DNA from: Selaginella moellendorffii
Taxonomy: Eukaryota > Plantae > Lycopodiophyta
Assembly: GCF_000143415.4 (NCBI RefSeq)
Contig: NW_003314287.1
Coordinates: 1,633,514-1,697,513, forward strand
Reading direction: 5' to 3'
DNA length: 64,000 nucleotides
The notes beneath the pieces were generated by a model, which did no database searches, had not been told where the DNA came from, and was given only the letters and a program-made list of their open reading frames with translations. The first letter of the stretch is position 1; each line of letters begins with the position of its first letter. Below are positions 35,563-47,759 of the stretch, one piece after another. A program made the translations under genes and the position numbers.

Positions 35563-37920
35563 TCACACTTGAGCTTCTGCGACTCGGGCGATTTCTTCTT
35601 CCTCGAGCTCCTCGCTCTCCTCGTTCCATGCCGCAACCGTGTTGGATAGCAGCACATACGGCGCTGATTTCAATCGTCCCAGCTGCACGGCTCGCTTTGC
35701 CGCGGCCGCTGCTCGCTTGGAATCGCTGTGCGTCTTGCAAGCCGAGATCAGAGACAGCCACGAGACTCCATCCGGCTCGAAAGGCATGCTCTCGATGAGA
35801 TCCTGCGCGTCCTCGAGCCGCCCCGCGCGGCCGAGGATGTCGATCAAGCAGCCAAAGTGGTCGGCGGTGGCCGGGATGCTGTGATCCGCGACCATGGTGG
35901 CGAAGTAGTCGCAGCCATCCCGGAGGAGACCTCCATGGCTGCAAGACGAGAGGATGCTCATGTAAGTGATCCCGTTTGGCTGGACGCCGTTGAGAACCAT
36001 GGATTGGTGAAGCTCCAGCGCGAGTTTGTCATAGCCGTTTTGAGCGTAGGCTGCCACCATCGCGGTCCACGACACAACGTCCGCTCTGGAGCTCGCAACT
36101 TCGTCAAACAAGCGTCGAGCCTCAGCCAGACTCGCGCATTTTCCGTAGAGGTTGACGAGGCCAGAGCAGATCATCGGGTCGCACTGCACTCCCGACTGGG
36201 CGATCGTGGAGTGGAGAACTCTCCCGACTTTGAGCGATGCCACCTTCGTGCAAGCGTCGAGCGCGTTGACGAAGGTGATGGTGTCCACTGGAACTCCTTC
36301 CAGATCCATCTTGCTAAAGAGCTGGAGAGCTTTCTTTCCTTCGCCGTGCTGCGCAAAGGCCCCGATCATCGCCGACCACGATACCGTGTTTCGAGAAGGC
36401 ATCTCGTCGAAGGTTTGCTTGGCTCGGTCGAGATGCCCGGTTTGAGTATATGCAGCGAGCATGGCAGTCCACGACACGACGTTCTGCTGGGGCATGGTTT
36501 GGAAGAGATTCTCGGCGCTGTAGAGATCGCCATGCAACGCAAACGCGGAGATCATAGCGTTGTAGGAAACCACATCCGGGTGTGGGAGCTCGTCAAACAT
36601 ACTCTTCGCGGTGTGTAAGTCTCCCTTCTCGGCAAAAGTGGTGATCATGATGTTCCACGAAAGCTCACTCCATCGAGGCATCTGGTCGAACGCTCGCTTC
36701 GCCTCCTCCGGCACAGCATTCGCCGAGTAAGCCCCGATCATCACGTTCCACGACACCAAATTGAGCTCCGGAGCCTGGTCAAAGAGAGCCTTCGCGTCGA
36801 CGACGTTCTTAGCATCCACGAACGCCGTCAGCATGATGTTCCAGGTGATCGCATTGCTCTGCGGAATCCGATCGAAGAGCGCCCTCGCGTCGACGAACTT
36901 GTCGTTCTGAGCGTGCGCACCGATGACGGCATTCCACGAGACAACATCCCGGTTTGGCATTCGATCGAAGTTCGCTCGAGCCTCGTCCAAGTTGCCGTTT
37001 GATCCATAGGCCGAGACGAGGCTGTTCCACGACATGAGAGTCTTATCCGGCATGGAATCAAACACCACCTTCGCCTCACGCAAATACCCGTTCTGGGCAA
37101 ATGCTGAGATGACCGAGTTCCAGGCCACAAAGTCCCTCTCCGGCATGCACGAGAACAACCATTGCGCCTCCTCGAGAAACCCATTCTCTGCGTAAGCCGC
37201 CACCATAATCGTCCACGACACCACTGTGAGCTGCGGCATCTTGTCCAGCATCACCCTCGCATTCTCCAGATGCCCCCTCTGGGCATATCCCGTGATCATC
37301 GTGTTCCAGACGATGAATCCCCGCAGCTCCATCCGATCGAAGACCTGTTTGGCAGCATCGAGGTTCCCGGCCTGGGCGTATCCGGAAATGATCGTCATCC
37401 ACGAGAAGCTGGAAGCCTCGGGCAGCCCATCAAAGAGTTCCTTGGCGCTGTTCATGTCTTTCAGCTCCACATACCCGGAGATGATCCCATTCCAAGTCGC
37501 GGCCTCCCACTCCGGCATTCTCGTCACCACCGCCATCGCCTGCTGGATCTGCCCCCCCTGCGCGTACGCCGCCACCATCGCGTTCCACGACACGCTATTC
37601 CTCTCGCCCATGGCGTCGAAGATCCTCCTCGACTCGCCGGGATCGCTGGAGTTGCGCGCGTGGGCGGCCAGGTAGATGTTCCACGAGAAGGAATTCTTCC
37701 TCCGGATGGCCTGGAACGCAGCGCGCGCGTCCGCCACGCTCCCGCACAGCCCATACATCTGCACGATGAGATTGCCCAGGAACGTCCCTCCATCGCCGCC
37801 GAGGTCGCGCACCCGAGAATGCGCCCTCCTCGCCCGGGCGAGATCTCTTGCGCGCCCACATTCCCGCAGCAACGCCGCTATAGCACCCTCATCGATCGCT
37901 CCTCCAGCCCTAGCAAGCAT
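35563..37920 (-). CDS. PLS-class PPR protein with E domain, no DYW
   Basis: Long intronless repeat array ending CSHGG..LGRAG..MPFEPD..W..LISAC..APYVLLSN. First ATG at 37920. Confidence 0.94.
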   Translation of the reverse strand: MLARAGGAIDEGAIAALLRECGRARDLARARRAHSRVRDLGGDGGTFLGNLIVQMYGLCGSVADARAAFQAIRRKNSFSWNIYLAAHARNSSDPGESRRIFDAMGERNSVSWNAMVAAYAQGGQIQQAMAVVTRMPEWEAATWNGIISGYVELKDMNSAKELFDGLPEASSFSWMTIISGYAQAGNLDAAKQVFDRMELRGFIVWNTMITGYAQRGHLENARVMLDKMPQLTVVSWTIMVAAYAENGFLEEAQWLFSCMPERDFVAWNSVISAFAQNGYLREAKVVFDSMPDKTLMSWNSLVSAYGSNGNLDEARANFDRMPNRDVVSWNAVIGAHAQNDKFVDARALFDRIPQSNAITWNIMLTAFVDAKNVVDAKALFDQAPELNLVSWNVMIGAYSANAVPEEAKRAFDQMPRWSELSWNIMITTFAEKGDLHTAKSMFDELPHPDVVSYNAMISAFALHGDLYSAENLFQTMPQQNVVSWTAMLAAYTQTGHLDRAKQTFDEMPSRNTVSWSAMIGAFAQHGEGKKALQLFSKMDLEGVPVDTITFVNALDACTKVASLKVGRVLHSTIAQSGVQCDPMICSGLVNLYGKCASLAEARRLFDEVASSRADVVSWTAMVAAYAQNGYDKLALELHQSMVLNGVQPNGITYMSILSSCSHGGLLRDGCDYFATMVADHSIPATADHFGCLIDILGRAGRLEDAQDLIESMPFEPDGVSWLSLISACKTHSDSKRAAAAAKRAVQLGRLKSAPYVLLSNTVAAWNEESEELEEEEIARVAEAQV

Positions 37921-38047
37921 CCACGAATGGCAATCCCATGCGTCCACGTGTATCACAATCCAACGGCCACAACAGCTAGTTCACCAACGTTGACTAAAAG
38001 AGTGTGTTTCGTTTTTTCTTTCTTTCGGAGCAAGGAGCTCCCTGGCC

Positions 38048-41000
38048 TCACTGCAGTGGAGCGTACACCGAGTAGCAATCCGGAGGAACCAAGACGTGAT
38101 GGTGGAGAGGATATCGGCCCTGCGCAGCCGACACCTCCGGCCCAGCTCCGCCAGAGTAGCTCACGCTGCTGACGCTCATCGAGCGAGAGATCGGCCAAAA
38201 GCGACCATTCGCATCGCTCTGGAGAGAAGCCAGCGGTGTGTGCGCGTAGCTTCCCATCATCTGTGCGCTTTCCATCCTGCGCTGCTGCTGCTGTTGCTGC
38301 TGGTGATGCTGCTGCTGTTGGTGTTGCTGCTGCTTGGCACTGCTTCCATCGCCAGGCGAGCTGTAGTCTCCGCCTCTCCCACCGGGATGATGCAGGATCG
38401 CGCTCAGCGTCCTTCCCAAGTTCTTGTCCTCGTCCAGGAGATCGTTGATGATGTCCAGGTGCGGGAAATCCTCCGAGAGGCTGCTGAAGAATGGCGGCGG
38501 GGGCGGAGGCTGCCTCGTGGGTGACAGCATCTCCGCGCCTGATGGACTGCCTTGGTTGTCGGAGCTCTGGTCTTCGGAGTGCCCGGCGTCGTCGCTCGAA
38601 CTTTGCTGCTGCTGCGGCGGGTGGTGCTCGCTGTGGAGGACTTCCTGTGTTACCGTCCCAAATGTTATCGCTATCGAGTCATCCTGCCCGTTTTGCTGCT
38701 GCTGCTGCTGCTGCTGCTGGCTGCCACCACCTTTGTGAGGAGGTTTATCGTTGCTACTTGCATCTGGCATCGTTGCCACTTGGACCTCTTCCGCTCTTCC
38801 AGACTGCTCGTAAACAGGAGGTAGCTTCGACGCACTACTGCTCGTCGTCGACGTTGTTGTTGTTATTACTGTTGCCGAGGACGACGAGGCAGCGGCGGCG
38901 GCAGCAGTAGCGTAAGGCCGAGCAAACCCGCCATTGCTCACCAAGCCGCTACTCTGCGCGCTGTGTCCTCCAATATCGGCTCCTGGGCTGTGCAGCCTCC
39001 CCACAGCAGCATTTCTGTACGACACTGGTAGACCAGCCTGCTTCGGGGTGTCGATGATACCGGACGCTTCACCACCACCGCTCAGCCTGCCAGCGGCACT
39101 CATTGAGCGAGAGAGAGGCGGCGGAATCGGCTGCAAAGGAAACGGCATGGAGTGCCGAGGTCCATTTGCAATCATTGGCGCAGTCCCTGGTCTCGAAAAA
39201 GCTGGCATTGCGGACGCCGTCATACCAGGCCGTGGATCGTCGTCGGACTTGTGCTTCATAGCGTTGGAAGAGTCACTCCTGCCTTTTGAGTGATGCCCGT
39301 TCTCAGTAGCATGATAAGAACCATTTGTAGTCGCCCTGCTCGACTTTAACTGTCGATTGTCACCTTTCGGTACTCTTCCCTTCGGCACTGAATCCCCATC
39401 AGGCGGCATGCTATCGCTTCTGTTGCTGGAGGCCTCGGAACTAAATCTACAATCTGGAACATCCCCCGATCGATTCCTGTGACTTCTTGTCTGATCACCT
39501 GCTTTGTGCTGGGCGTAGCTAAGCTGTTCATGAAGCAAAACAACTTCGTCCTCCTGCAAACGCCAAAGCTTTAACGCTAAACGCTCCAGAAAAAAATTTA
39601 CCTTTTCTTGTAGACGTTTTTCAAGCCAACGCACTCTTTCCTTGAGAGAAAGAATAACAGCCTCCGAATCTATACCTCCTGGACTGCAACTACTGCTCGT
39701 CTCGCCAGTGCTTCGAGCGTCTGCAGTTCGGAGAACTGCATCGCCTTCAAGAAGCCTACCATCGCTGTCAAAACCATCAACAGCAGCCCTGCTCCTGCCC
39801 CTGTCACCGCATTGTGTAAACAGCTGAAACGAGGAAGTACGAACAAGTACCTTAGGAAACCGTGTTCGGAGATGTGCGTCCTTGAACTGAACAAATTGCT
39901 ACTCGGCGGTCTCACCGATGGTAGAGAGTCCGAGGAGCAAGTGGAGGAGCTGTCGTCCAAAGCCGAGGGTACTCTTTTACTCTGCCCGCTGGCTTCGTCA
40001 GTTAAAGAACCACTGAAACTTGCTTCCATTTCCTGGTTCACGAATGATGCGTCTCGTTCCCATGTCGCATGTTCTAAATCATCCGCTGTTCCAAAGGTTC
40101 CCACAACGCTGTCCAGACCACTATCACCTTCCTCATCTACAGTCTCGCCCATCAAAATCGACGAGAGGTCGACATCCGTTAGCAGAATTTTCTTCGTGAC
40201 AAGCCTACTGCTTGTTAGATCTTGCTCCAGGCGCTTTTCAGAAGGATCTTTGTCTTTTCCTTTACGATCTTTCCTTCTTTGTTTAGCCTGTAAGAACAAA
40301 GAAGGATAAAGTTATATAGATTAGAGTAAAGTTTACCTGTTTCTTCTTAGTACGTTTCTCCCGTTCAGCTGCCTCGCGCTTTGCTTTAAGCTCATTTTCA
40401 GCCTGACCGGCAGCTTCTTCTTCACGAATAAGCTCTTCTTGACGTTTTAACGCCACAGCTTCTCTGTACGCCACTTCTATCCGATTGCTGCGACGGAATG
40501 ACCAACGTTACATTGAAAGTATAATAAAAAGAGAAATACCTGAATAAATGAGCTAGCACGAACATTTCGACAGTCCGCCTGCCAAGCTCTGTAAGCCTCC
40601 GTTCGTCACGTTCAACGAACTCCTTCCCAAATTCATCTCCAGATGCTCCGTCCTGATAAAAGCATAAAATGGTGAAGTTCAATCGAATACCATATTGTCT
40701 ATACCTTCGTCCGGTTTTGAGGCCCCTTATCATCTTTGTAGGAAGGCAATGGCTCTAGTACGACCCGCTCCAAGAGCGAAAGTATATCGCCAGCAAGTAC
40801 AAAAAAATCCTTCTCCATCCAGACAACAGGTGTAAATGAATCATATCCTGCGTCTAATTTATGGTTCTTGTTCTTTTTCTGACGATCCAAAGCCTTACAG
40901 CCACTGTATAATGCATCCATGACCAGCGTTGAAGTGACCTCCTTCTCGTTGAAAAAGCGCTTAACCACGGCCTTGAAGATTATATCCGTCTTTTCTCTAG

Positions 41001-42282
41001 CAAGCCGTCGGCGTGCATTGTCTTCGACAGCCGACCAGAAGGCTCGGAAACTGGCAAGCACAGTAAGGAGTTACTAAGCAGATATATGGTTACTTCCGCC
41101 ATACCTTGACCAGCAAAGAGTATCCTCTATTACTTTACCAAGTTTCTCTCTCTTCTCTTCCACAAAGCGTCGGCAAATACCCTCAACGTTTGTTATGTAC
41201 ACGCGGACCAGCTCTCGCCTATACTGACAATCGAGACAGCGGAAAGGCTGAAGAGGATTCTCCCTGTCAAAATTCCAACAAACAATAAGATACTAGGATC
41301 TTTTAGACAGCCAAACCTGATAACTTGCACTTGGGCCTTGATAACCAACGTATCGCCGACCGTGAAACCATCCGCAACTTTAGAAAGTTCCATAAATTTC
41401 TTCCAGCCCCAGTCATGCTCCTTCTTGCAGAAACGATGTAAAGTATCTGCTTGTACAAAGTACACTTAGCGCCTATTCCACATAGATAAAAGTTTGCAGC
41501 ACCTGAATACTTAGACTTCTTTGGATCTTTGTTGACCACGGCTATAGTAAACTGCGCAAAATGACTCCATCCTTCAGAAAACACAAGACGAAGACAAGGT
41601 ATGACAACCGTTAAAACTCAAAAGAGAAATCGAGTCTACTACCTGGTAGAAGCTTGTCATAATCTGCAACACACAGGAAAAGCGAAAGGTGATTGCAAAC
41701 ATCACATCCCTGAGGATACACTAAAATATACCTGAGAAGAAACGCTGAAGCCGTTAGAACAGCTTAAAGAGACAGGAGGAGAATGTTAGACGTGTTTGCT
41801 CACCACTTGTAGCCTCCGACTTCGAACACATTGCTCCGAAGTTCCCTCTTGCTAATCTCGGAGAAATTCTCGATCTTCCAGGTGAATTTTCCGTAAAGGT
41901 CCGAGGGCTTGGGTCCTGTAAAACAACAAAGAAAAAATGAACAAGAAAAAAGAAAGAAAAAATCCCACGACGAAGATGAAGAAATGATAAGAAAATGCGC
42001 TACCAGCACAATGAGGAATTCCAATCATCGGCCACACACAAACCCTATTGCAGGAATCGAGCAGTCACCTGGCAGCGTGGAGAGCGCCGACGATTTATCC
42101 TCGTCGGAATCACAATAGCCTGGAGATGTGGATGGAACTGACGGCTCCAACTGCTCGCGCGACCTCCATTCCGCGACAGCATCCGCGAGATGGAACCTGT
42201 TACCTCCGGACGACGCCGCTGGAGCAGCGCACGCCAATGCCGCATCGTCCCCGCTCGCATTGCCCTGCCCTGCGCACGCCAT
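38048..42282 (-). CDS. MATH/TRAF-domain protein (TRAF1a/b, At5g43560-like), multi-exon
   Basis: GPKPSDLYGKFTWKIENFSEISKRELRS, YPQGCDVCNHLSLFLCV, KKEHDWGWKKFMEL, coiled coil AVALKRQEELIREEE, and C-terminal FPHLDIINDLLD. Confidence 0.93.
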
Positions 42283-42412
42283 GCCGGGCAACGCAGAAAT
42301 AACCCTAGCGCTGGGCGGATTAGGGCAAACGCAAATAATCCCCTTAAGCCTATACTTTCTGGTTTTAGGGCAAAATAGATTTAGGGTTCTTGGATCCATA
42401 TGGCCGTAGCAG

Positions 42413-44404
42413 ATGAAAATTGGTGTGCTCCGCCGATCTTACCACTCCACCGCCGCTCTCCAGGGCTTCCGCCGGCTGATCCGCCCCCCCATTGACATCT
42501 CCAACGTCGTCTCCTCCAGGGACTCGCCCCTCTCGTTTGTCTCCACGAATTGGCAGCGCGAGGGCGACGAGAATCACAGCCGATGGGTCAGCCGCGACGA
42601 TGGCAGCATCGTCAAGCTCCAATCCCTCGCCAGGAGGGACATCGATCTCCTGGACGACGCCGACACGCAGGATCCCAGCGTCTACATCGCTCTCTTGAGA
42701 GAATGCGGGTGCTCGCGCGCCCTCGCAGATGGGAAGAAGGTCCACGCCCATCTCTCCAGGGGCGGCCTCCACAGGGATCCGTACGTGGCCAATTTTTTGA
42801 TCCAGATGTACGGCAGGTGCGAGAGCATGCGCGACGCAGAGGATGTGCTTCGATCGTTGCCCTGTCCAAACGTTATCTCCTGGAACATCATGATCACAGC
42901 ATATGCCCGGAATGGGCATCTTGCAAAAGCAAAGAACACATTCGATGCTATGCTTGATCGGACGGTCGTTTCGTGGAATAGTATGATCACTGCGTATGCC
43001 CAAGACGGGCATGCTGGGGAATCTAAGAGGATTTTCGAAAGAATGCCTTTCTGGGCTGAAGTGTCGTGGACTACTGTCATGACAGCATATGCCCAAGATG
43101 GGGATTTGCTAGAAGCGATGAGTTTCTTTCAGCGAATGCCACACAGGGATGTGGTCGCCTGGACGACCATGATACGAGCTCATGCTCTTAAGGGCCTTTA
43201 CAGGGATGCGCTGGTTTTGTTTCGGAGGATGAACAGCGAGGGACTCAGACCGGACAAAGTTACGCTGCTCACGATTCTTGAGTCGTGTGACAGTCGGCTG
43301 GATGGAGCGGGGATTCACGCTTGCATCGCCGAGCTTGGGTTACAAACCGATGTAGCGGTAGGGACAGCGCTCATCAACATGTATGGGAGGTGTGGGTGCT
43401 TAGAGACTGCTCGGAGTATATTTGTGAAGATCGAAGAGAAGGATGTGGTGGCCTGGACCGCGATGCTCAATGCTTACGCTGATAACGGGCACTTGAGGGT
43501 CGCGGAGCTTATGCTGGAGAGGATGCCGCTCAAGAACTCGGTGTCTTTCAACGTGGTGATCACTGCTTTTGCTCGAAACGGCTACTTGTCCGAGGCCAGG
43601 GAGATATTTGACAGGGTGACGGACAGGGACGCTGTGACTTGGACGACTTTGATCACGGCGTATGCTCAGCAGGGCCAGTGTAAGAAATCTCTCGAGCTCT
43701 TTCGGCTGATGGTGGTAGAGGGAGAACTTATGGATAGAATCACGCTGGTGTCGATGCTCCACGTCTGTGCGGTTCTAGCGGTTTCGAGTGTTGGAGTGGC
43801 GATTCATGACTTTGTAGTCGGTGCAAAGATGGCGATCGATGCTACTCTCGGCACTGCTCTTATGAACATGTATGGAAAGTGTGGAAGCATTGAGCGAGCT
43901 CGCAGCCAGTTCGATTCAACCCAGCAGAAAGACATCGTTTTCTGGAACTCCATGATCGCGCTCTACGGTCAGAATGGTCACGGGAGAGAAGCTCTAGACC
44001 TTTTCAGAGACATGGTTCACGATGGCATGGAGTGTAGCGACACAACATTAGGGAGTGTTCTCTCCGCATGCAGCCACTCCGGCCTACAGAGACAGGGCCG
44101 AGATTTTTTCCTGGCAGTGGAGCAAGACTATGGAGTTTCTCCCACGATCGAGCACTACATTTGCATCATCGATCTTCTGGCGAGAGGTGGACGAGCGTCG
44201 GCTGCTCGCGAGCTGATTGACAGCATGCCCTTTGAGCCTCATGCTGCGGCTTGGACGACGTTTCTAGCCGCCTGTAAAGCTCAAGGCAAAGCCGGGGAAG
44301 CAGCAGTAAAGACCTCAGTGGAAGAGCTCTCCAGCAAAGTTGGAGACGTTTTTCTTCTCGTTGGCGATTCCAGTACAAGTGCTGCTGCCGTCGCTGCTGG
44401 ATGA
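42413..44404 (+). CDS. PLS-class PPR protein with a truncated-looking E domain
   Basis: Transit-peptide-like N terminus, P/L/S repeats and ACSHSG..MPFEP..WTTFLAAC. Confidence 0.93.
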   Translation: MKIGVLRRSYHSTAALQGFRRLIRPPIDISNVVSSRDSPLSFVSTNWQREGDENHSRWVSRDDGSIVKLQSLARRDIDLLDDADTQDPSVYIALLRECGCSRALADGKKVHAHLSRGGLHRDPYVANFLIQMYGRCESMRDAEDVLRSLPCPNVISWNIMITAYARNGHLAKAKNTFDAMLDRTVVSWNSMITAYAQDGHAGESKRIFERMPFWAEVSWTTVMTAYAQDGDLLEAMSFFQRMPHRDVVAWTTMIRAHALKGLYRDALVLFRRMNSEGLRPDKVTLLTILESCDSRLDGAGIHACIAELGLQTDVAVGTALINMYGRCGCLETARSIFVKIEEKDVVAWTAMLNAYADNGHLRVAELMLERMPLKNSVSFNVVITAFARNGYLSEAREIFDRVTDRDAVTWTTLITAYAQQGQCKKSLELFRLMVVEGELMDRITLVSMLHVCAVLAVSSVGVAIHDFVVGAKMAIDATLGTALMNMYGKCGSIERARSQFDSTQQKDIVFWNSMIALYGQNGHGREALDLFRDMVHDGMECSDTTLGSVLSACSHSGLQRQGRDFFLAVEQDYGVSPTIEHYICIIDLLARGGRASAARELIDSMPFEPHAAAWTTFLAACKAQGKAGEAAVKTSVEELSSKVGDVFLLVGDSSTSAAAVAAG

Positions 44405-44452
44405 TTTTCGAAAGCGGGGAAGAAACCACCGTTTGAGTTCTGAAACTCTCAA

Positions 44453-47059
44453 CTATCCAGCAAACGCGAGTTCTACATCGTCTTCTACTTCTACTGCTGG
44501 ACAACGAGTTTGATCACGCAGCTTGTAGATCGAAGACAGTAGCGCATACGGTGCCGAGTTCTCGGGATCCAACTTAAACGCTTGATGTGCCGCTCGTCCT
44601 CCCCTCTCGGCGTCCTTGTGCTCTCGACACGCTCCCAGCAATGACGTCCACACCAGCGCCTCGGGCTCAAACGGCATACCAAGTATCAAGTCCTCTGCGT
44701 CTCTCAGCCTGCCTGCCCGGGAGAGAATATCAACCATGCAGACGTAGTGATCCACAGCGGGCTCAAGGCCAAAGTCTCCAGCCATGGACACGAAGCAGCT
44801 CCAGCCATCTCCCGTCAAGCCGGCGTGGCTGGAAGCCGCGAGAACATTGACGAAAGTGCTCGAGTTTGGCTTGAGGCCGTCGAGAACCATGAGATGGAAC
44901 TGCCCGAGAACGCTCGTCGCCAATCCATTCTGGCTGTAGGAGCTGAGGAGAGCGTTCCACGGCTCGACGTACTGCCGCAGCATCGCATCAAAGAAGGATT
45001 TTGCGTGCTGGATGCTCCCACACCTTCCATACATGCTGACGATGGCGGTGCTGAGGACCGAGTCGGCTCTAAGCCCGGTGCTCATGATCTCGGCGTGGAC
45101 CATCTTGGCCTTGAATTTGCTCGCGAGCAAGCAGCAAACTTCGCAAACGTGGAGGAAAGTCACTCGGTTCGGCCGCACTCCATCCAAGTCCATCTCTTGG
45201 AAGAACTTGAAAGCTTCCGCTGGGCAGCCGGCTTGCAAGTAGGCCTTGATCATCCCCGTCCAAGTCACTACGTCCTTCCGCTGCGTCACTCGATCGAACA
45301 GAGACTGCGCTTCGAAGATCGATCCACACTGGGCGTAGGCAGTGATCATCGCGTTCCAGCAAGCCAGCGACGGCCTCGCCAGTCCATCAAATATCTTCTT
45401 TGCTTCGTCGAGGAAGCCATTCTGCGCGAGTGCCGCGAGCATCGCGTTTGTGGCCACCATGTCCGGATCGACCATCCTCTCGAACAGCGACTTCGCTTCA
45501 GGAACGCTGCCACACTTTCCATAGAGGTTGACGAGAGTGCTGGGGATGAGCATACCGGACTGGCACTTACAGTCGAGCACGCACTGGTGGAGGATCCTGG
45601 CCAGCGTCAAGTCGCCCAAGTTGGAGCAAGCCTCGAGAGCTGCGAGAAAGGTGGTGCGGTTGGGACGAACGCCCTCCATGTCCATGACTCGAAACAGCTG
45701 AATCGCCTCGCCGTGCTGCCAGTTTTGAGTGTGCGCGTTGATAAGCGCAGTCCAGGCAACCACGTCTCGATCGGTCATGGTGTCAAAGAGAGATTTTGCG
45801 TCGTGGAGATAGCCGTTTCGAGCGTAGCCCGCGATGATGGCAGTCATGGAAACTCGGTTCCTTTGCGGCATTCGAGAGTAGCAAGCCAGAGCTTCATGGA
45901 GATGGCCGTTCTCGGAGTAAGCCGTCACCATTGCCGTCCAGGAGACGACGTTCCACTGGGGCATGAGATGGAAGATCTCGCGAGCTTTGGCGATGTCAGC
46001 GTTGTGTCCGCCAAAGGCTGTGATCAGAGCCGTCCAAGCAACCACGTCCCGAGAGACCATGCTGTGGAAGAGGTGCATCACTTGCTCCAAGTCCCCCCAC
46101 TTTCCGTGCATTGTGAGGAGTGCCGTGGCCATGGCGGTGTCGTCCTCGAGCCGGAGCTCGGTGAGCTTGGAGTGGATGTTCCTTCCGAGCTTCTCCAGCG
46201 AGAATTGCGAGCACGGGTCGAGCATGTTGAGGAAAGTCGATCGCTCGGGACGGATGCCTTCCAGATCCATCCTCTGGAAGCACGCGCAAGCCTCGGTGAT
46301 CCTGTCCAGCTTCAAGTATCCACAGATTAGAGTGTTCCACAGACCAACATCGCCACGAGAGGCCGTCTCCTCGAAGAGTTGTCGCGCTTCTTCTATATGC
46401 CCGTTTGCGGCAAATGCTGAAACCATGGCTGTTCTTACGGCTACGTTTTTATCCGGCATTCGATCGTAGAAAGACTTTGCTTCGTTCAAGATGCCTATTT
46501 TTCCGTATCCTTGAATCAGTGCTGTCCAGTTTGCGGTGCTTGGGTCGCTAAGCATCTCAAACAATCTCCTCGCCTCGTGAAGATGCCCTGCATTGGCATA
46601 CGCTGTGATCATCAAGTTCCAGGTCACTTGATCCTTTACTTCCATAGAATCAAACAATCGTTTAGCTTCGTCCATATTGCCACCTTTTACGTATGCTGTG
46701 ATTATGGTATTCCACGAAGAAACACACTTATCTGGAGTACGATTAAACATCTCTCTCGCTTTCTCCAGGTACCCATTACGGGCATATGCAGTGACTATGA
46801 TATTCCACGAGAGCGATGTTTTGTCATCAATCTTTTCAAACACCTCTCTTGCCTCATGTATACAGTTGTGCTTTGCGTACATCTGCAGAAGCAAGTTTCC
46901 ACATTCCTGGCCTCGATCGAGGCCACCCGCTGCCAATGCCGAGTGGACGGTCCTCCCCTCTGCCAAGTTCCTCGTTCTAGCACATCTCCGCAAGATCTCC
47001 ACATAGTTGCTGGAAGCATCGGTGCAAAGACCCCGAAAGGAAGACAAAGTGAACACCAT
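44453..47059 (-). CDS. PLS-class PPR protein with E domain, no DYW
   Basis: Long intronless array ending SHAG..LSRAG..MPFEP..WTSLLGAC..APYALLSSIY. First ATG at 47059. Confidence 0.94.
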   Translation of the reverse strand: MVFTLSSFRGLCTDASSNYVEILRRCARTRNLAEGRTVHSALAAGGLDRGQECGNLLLQMYAKHNCIHEAREVFEKIDDKTSLSWNIIVTAYARNGYLEKAREMFNRTPDKCVSSWNTIITAYVKGGNMDEAKRLFDSMEVKDQVTWNLMITAYANAGHLHEARRLFEMLSDPSTANWTALIQGYGKIGILNEAKSFYDRMPDKNVAVRTAMVSAFAANGHIEEARQLFEETASRGDVGLWNTLICGYLKLDRITEACACFQRMDLEGIRPERSTFLNMLDPCSQFSLEKLGRNIHSKLTELRLEDDTAMATALLTMHGKWGDLEQVMHLFHSMVSRDVVAWTALITAFGGHNADIAKAREIFHLMPQWNVVSWTAMVTAYSENGHLHEALACYSRMPQRNRVSMTAIIAGYARNGYLHDAKSLFDTMTDRDVVAWTALINAHTQNWQHGEAIQLFRVMDMEGVRPNRTTFLAALEACSNLGDLTLARILHQCVLDCKCQSGMLIPSTLVNLYGKCGSVPEAKSLFERMVDPDMVATNAMLAALAQNGFLDEAKKIFDGLARPSLACWNAMITAYAQCGSIFEAQSLFDRVTQRKDVVTWTGMIKAYLQAGCPAEAFKFFQEMDLDGVRPNRVTFLHVCEVCCLLASKFKAKMVHAEIMSTGLRADSVLSTAIVSMYGRCGSIQHAKSFFDAMLRQYVEPWNALLSSYSQNGLATSVLGQFHLMVLDGLKPNSSTFVNVLAASSHAGLTGDGWSCFVSMAGDFGLEPAVDHYVCMVDILSRAGRLRDAEDLILGMPFEPEALVWTSLLGACREHKDAERGGRAAHQAFKLDPENSAPYALLSSIYKLRDQTRCPAVEVEDDVELAFAG

Positions 47060-47119
47060 CAAACTTCCATAGCTCGCTCTCTTTCTTTCATAATAGACAA
47101 TCAAACCATTCTCTAGATA

Positions 47120-47300
47120 CTATCGAGATCATCATCGTTGTGGAGCTTCCAAGCGCGTTCTCGCCGCCCCACTCGGCTCAGACAACGAGCTCCTCGGCCT
47201 CGTCCGCTCGACCAGATCCTCCCAGCAGATCAACCAAGCACCACAAATGACTTGGAGCGATGTCTCCTGCGCGCATCACATCCAACATAACCTCAAAGAG
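47120..47300 (-). pseudogene. PPR C-terminal fragment
   Basis: APSHLWCLVDLLGGSGRADEAEELV followed by a stop; no upstream array. Confidence 0.7.
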
Positions 47301-47759
47301 CTCAGTTTTGCAAATAGTTTGTGTCTTCTGTATATGCAAGAGTAGCAAGACATTCATTTTATTCATTCACTGTTTACATCCATTGGTTTTATTTTCTTAA
47401 ACTAGAAATCTAAAGTATTAAAATCAAAACAAACAAAAGAAAAATTAACAATAACTATATATATAAACACACATTATTTCTTATCATATGGCAAGCAATT
47501 TGTGATGATAAATTTTGGGGGGAGGTGTACCTGGGATGGGTAGCCTGGAAAAGAAAATATATAATCCTGCAAGATATATGAACTTAAAATATATGTGCAC
47601 TTGAATTGTTATAATGCATATGTATGAGTCACAATATAATATTTTTTATGTAACTTATTTCAGTTCCATAATAGCATGCTAACAGAGTTTAGGCTTTGGG
47701 TTAAGGTTTGCATGTGATAGCACATGAGCTAAATTTTGAGCACATTTTACAAGCCATAT

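Noticed and set aside
44747-46330. Long antisense ORFs over PPR genes (also 35728-36618, 37162-38172, 18765-19469)
   Set aside because: Expected shadows of GC3-rich coding sequence.
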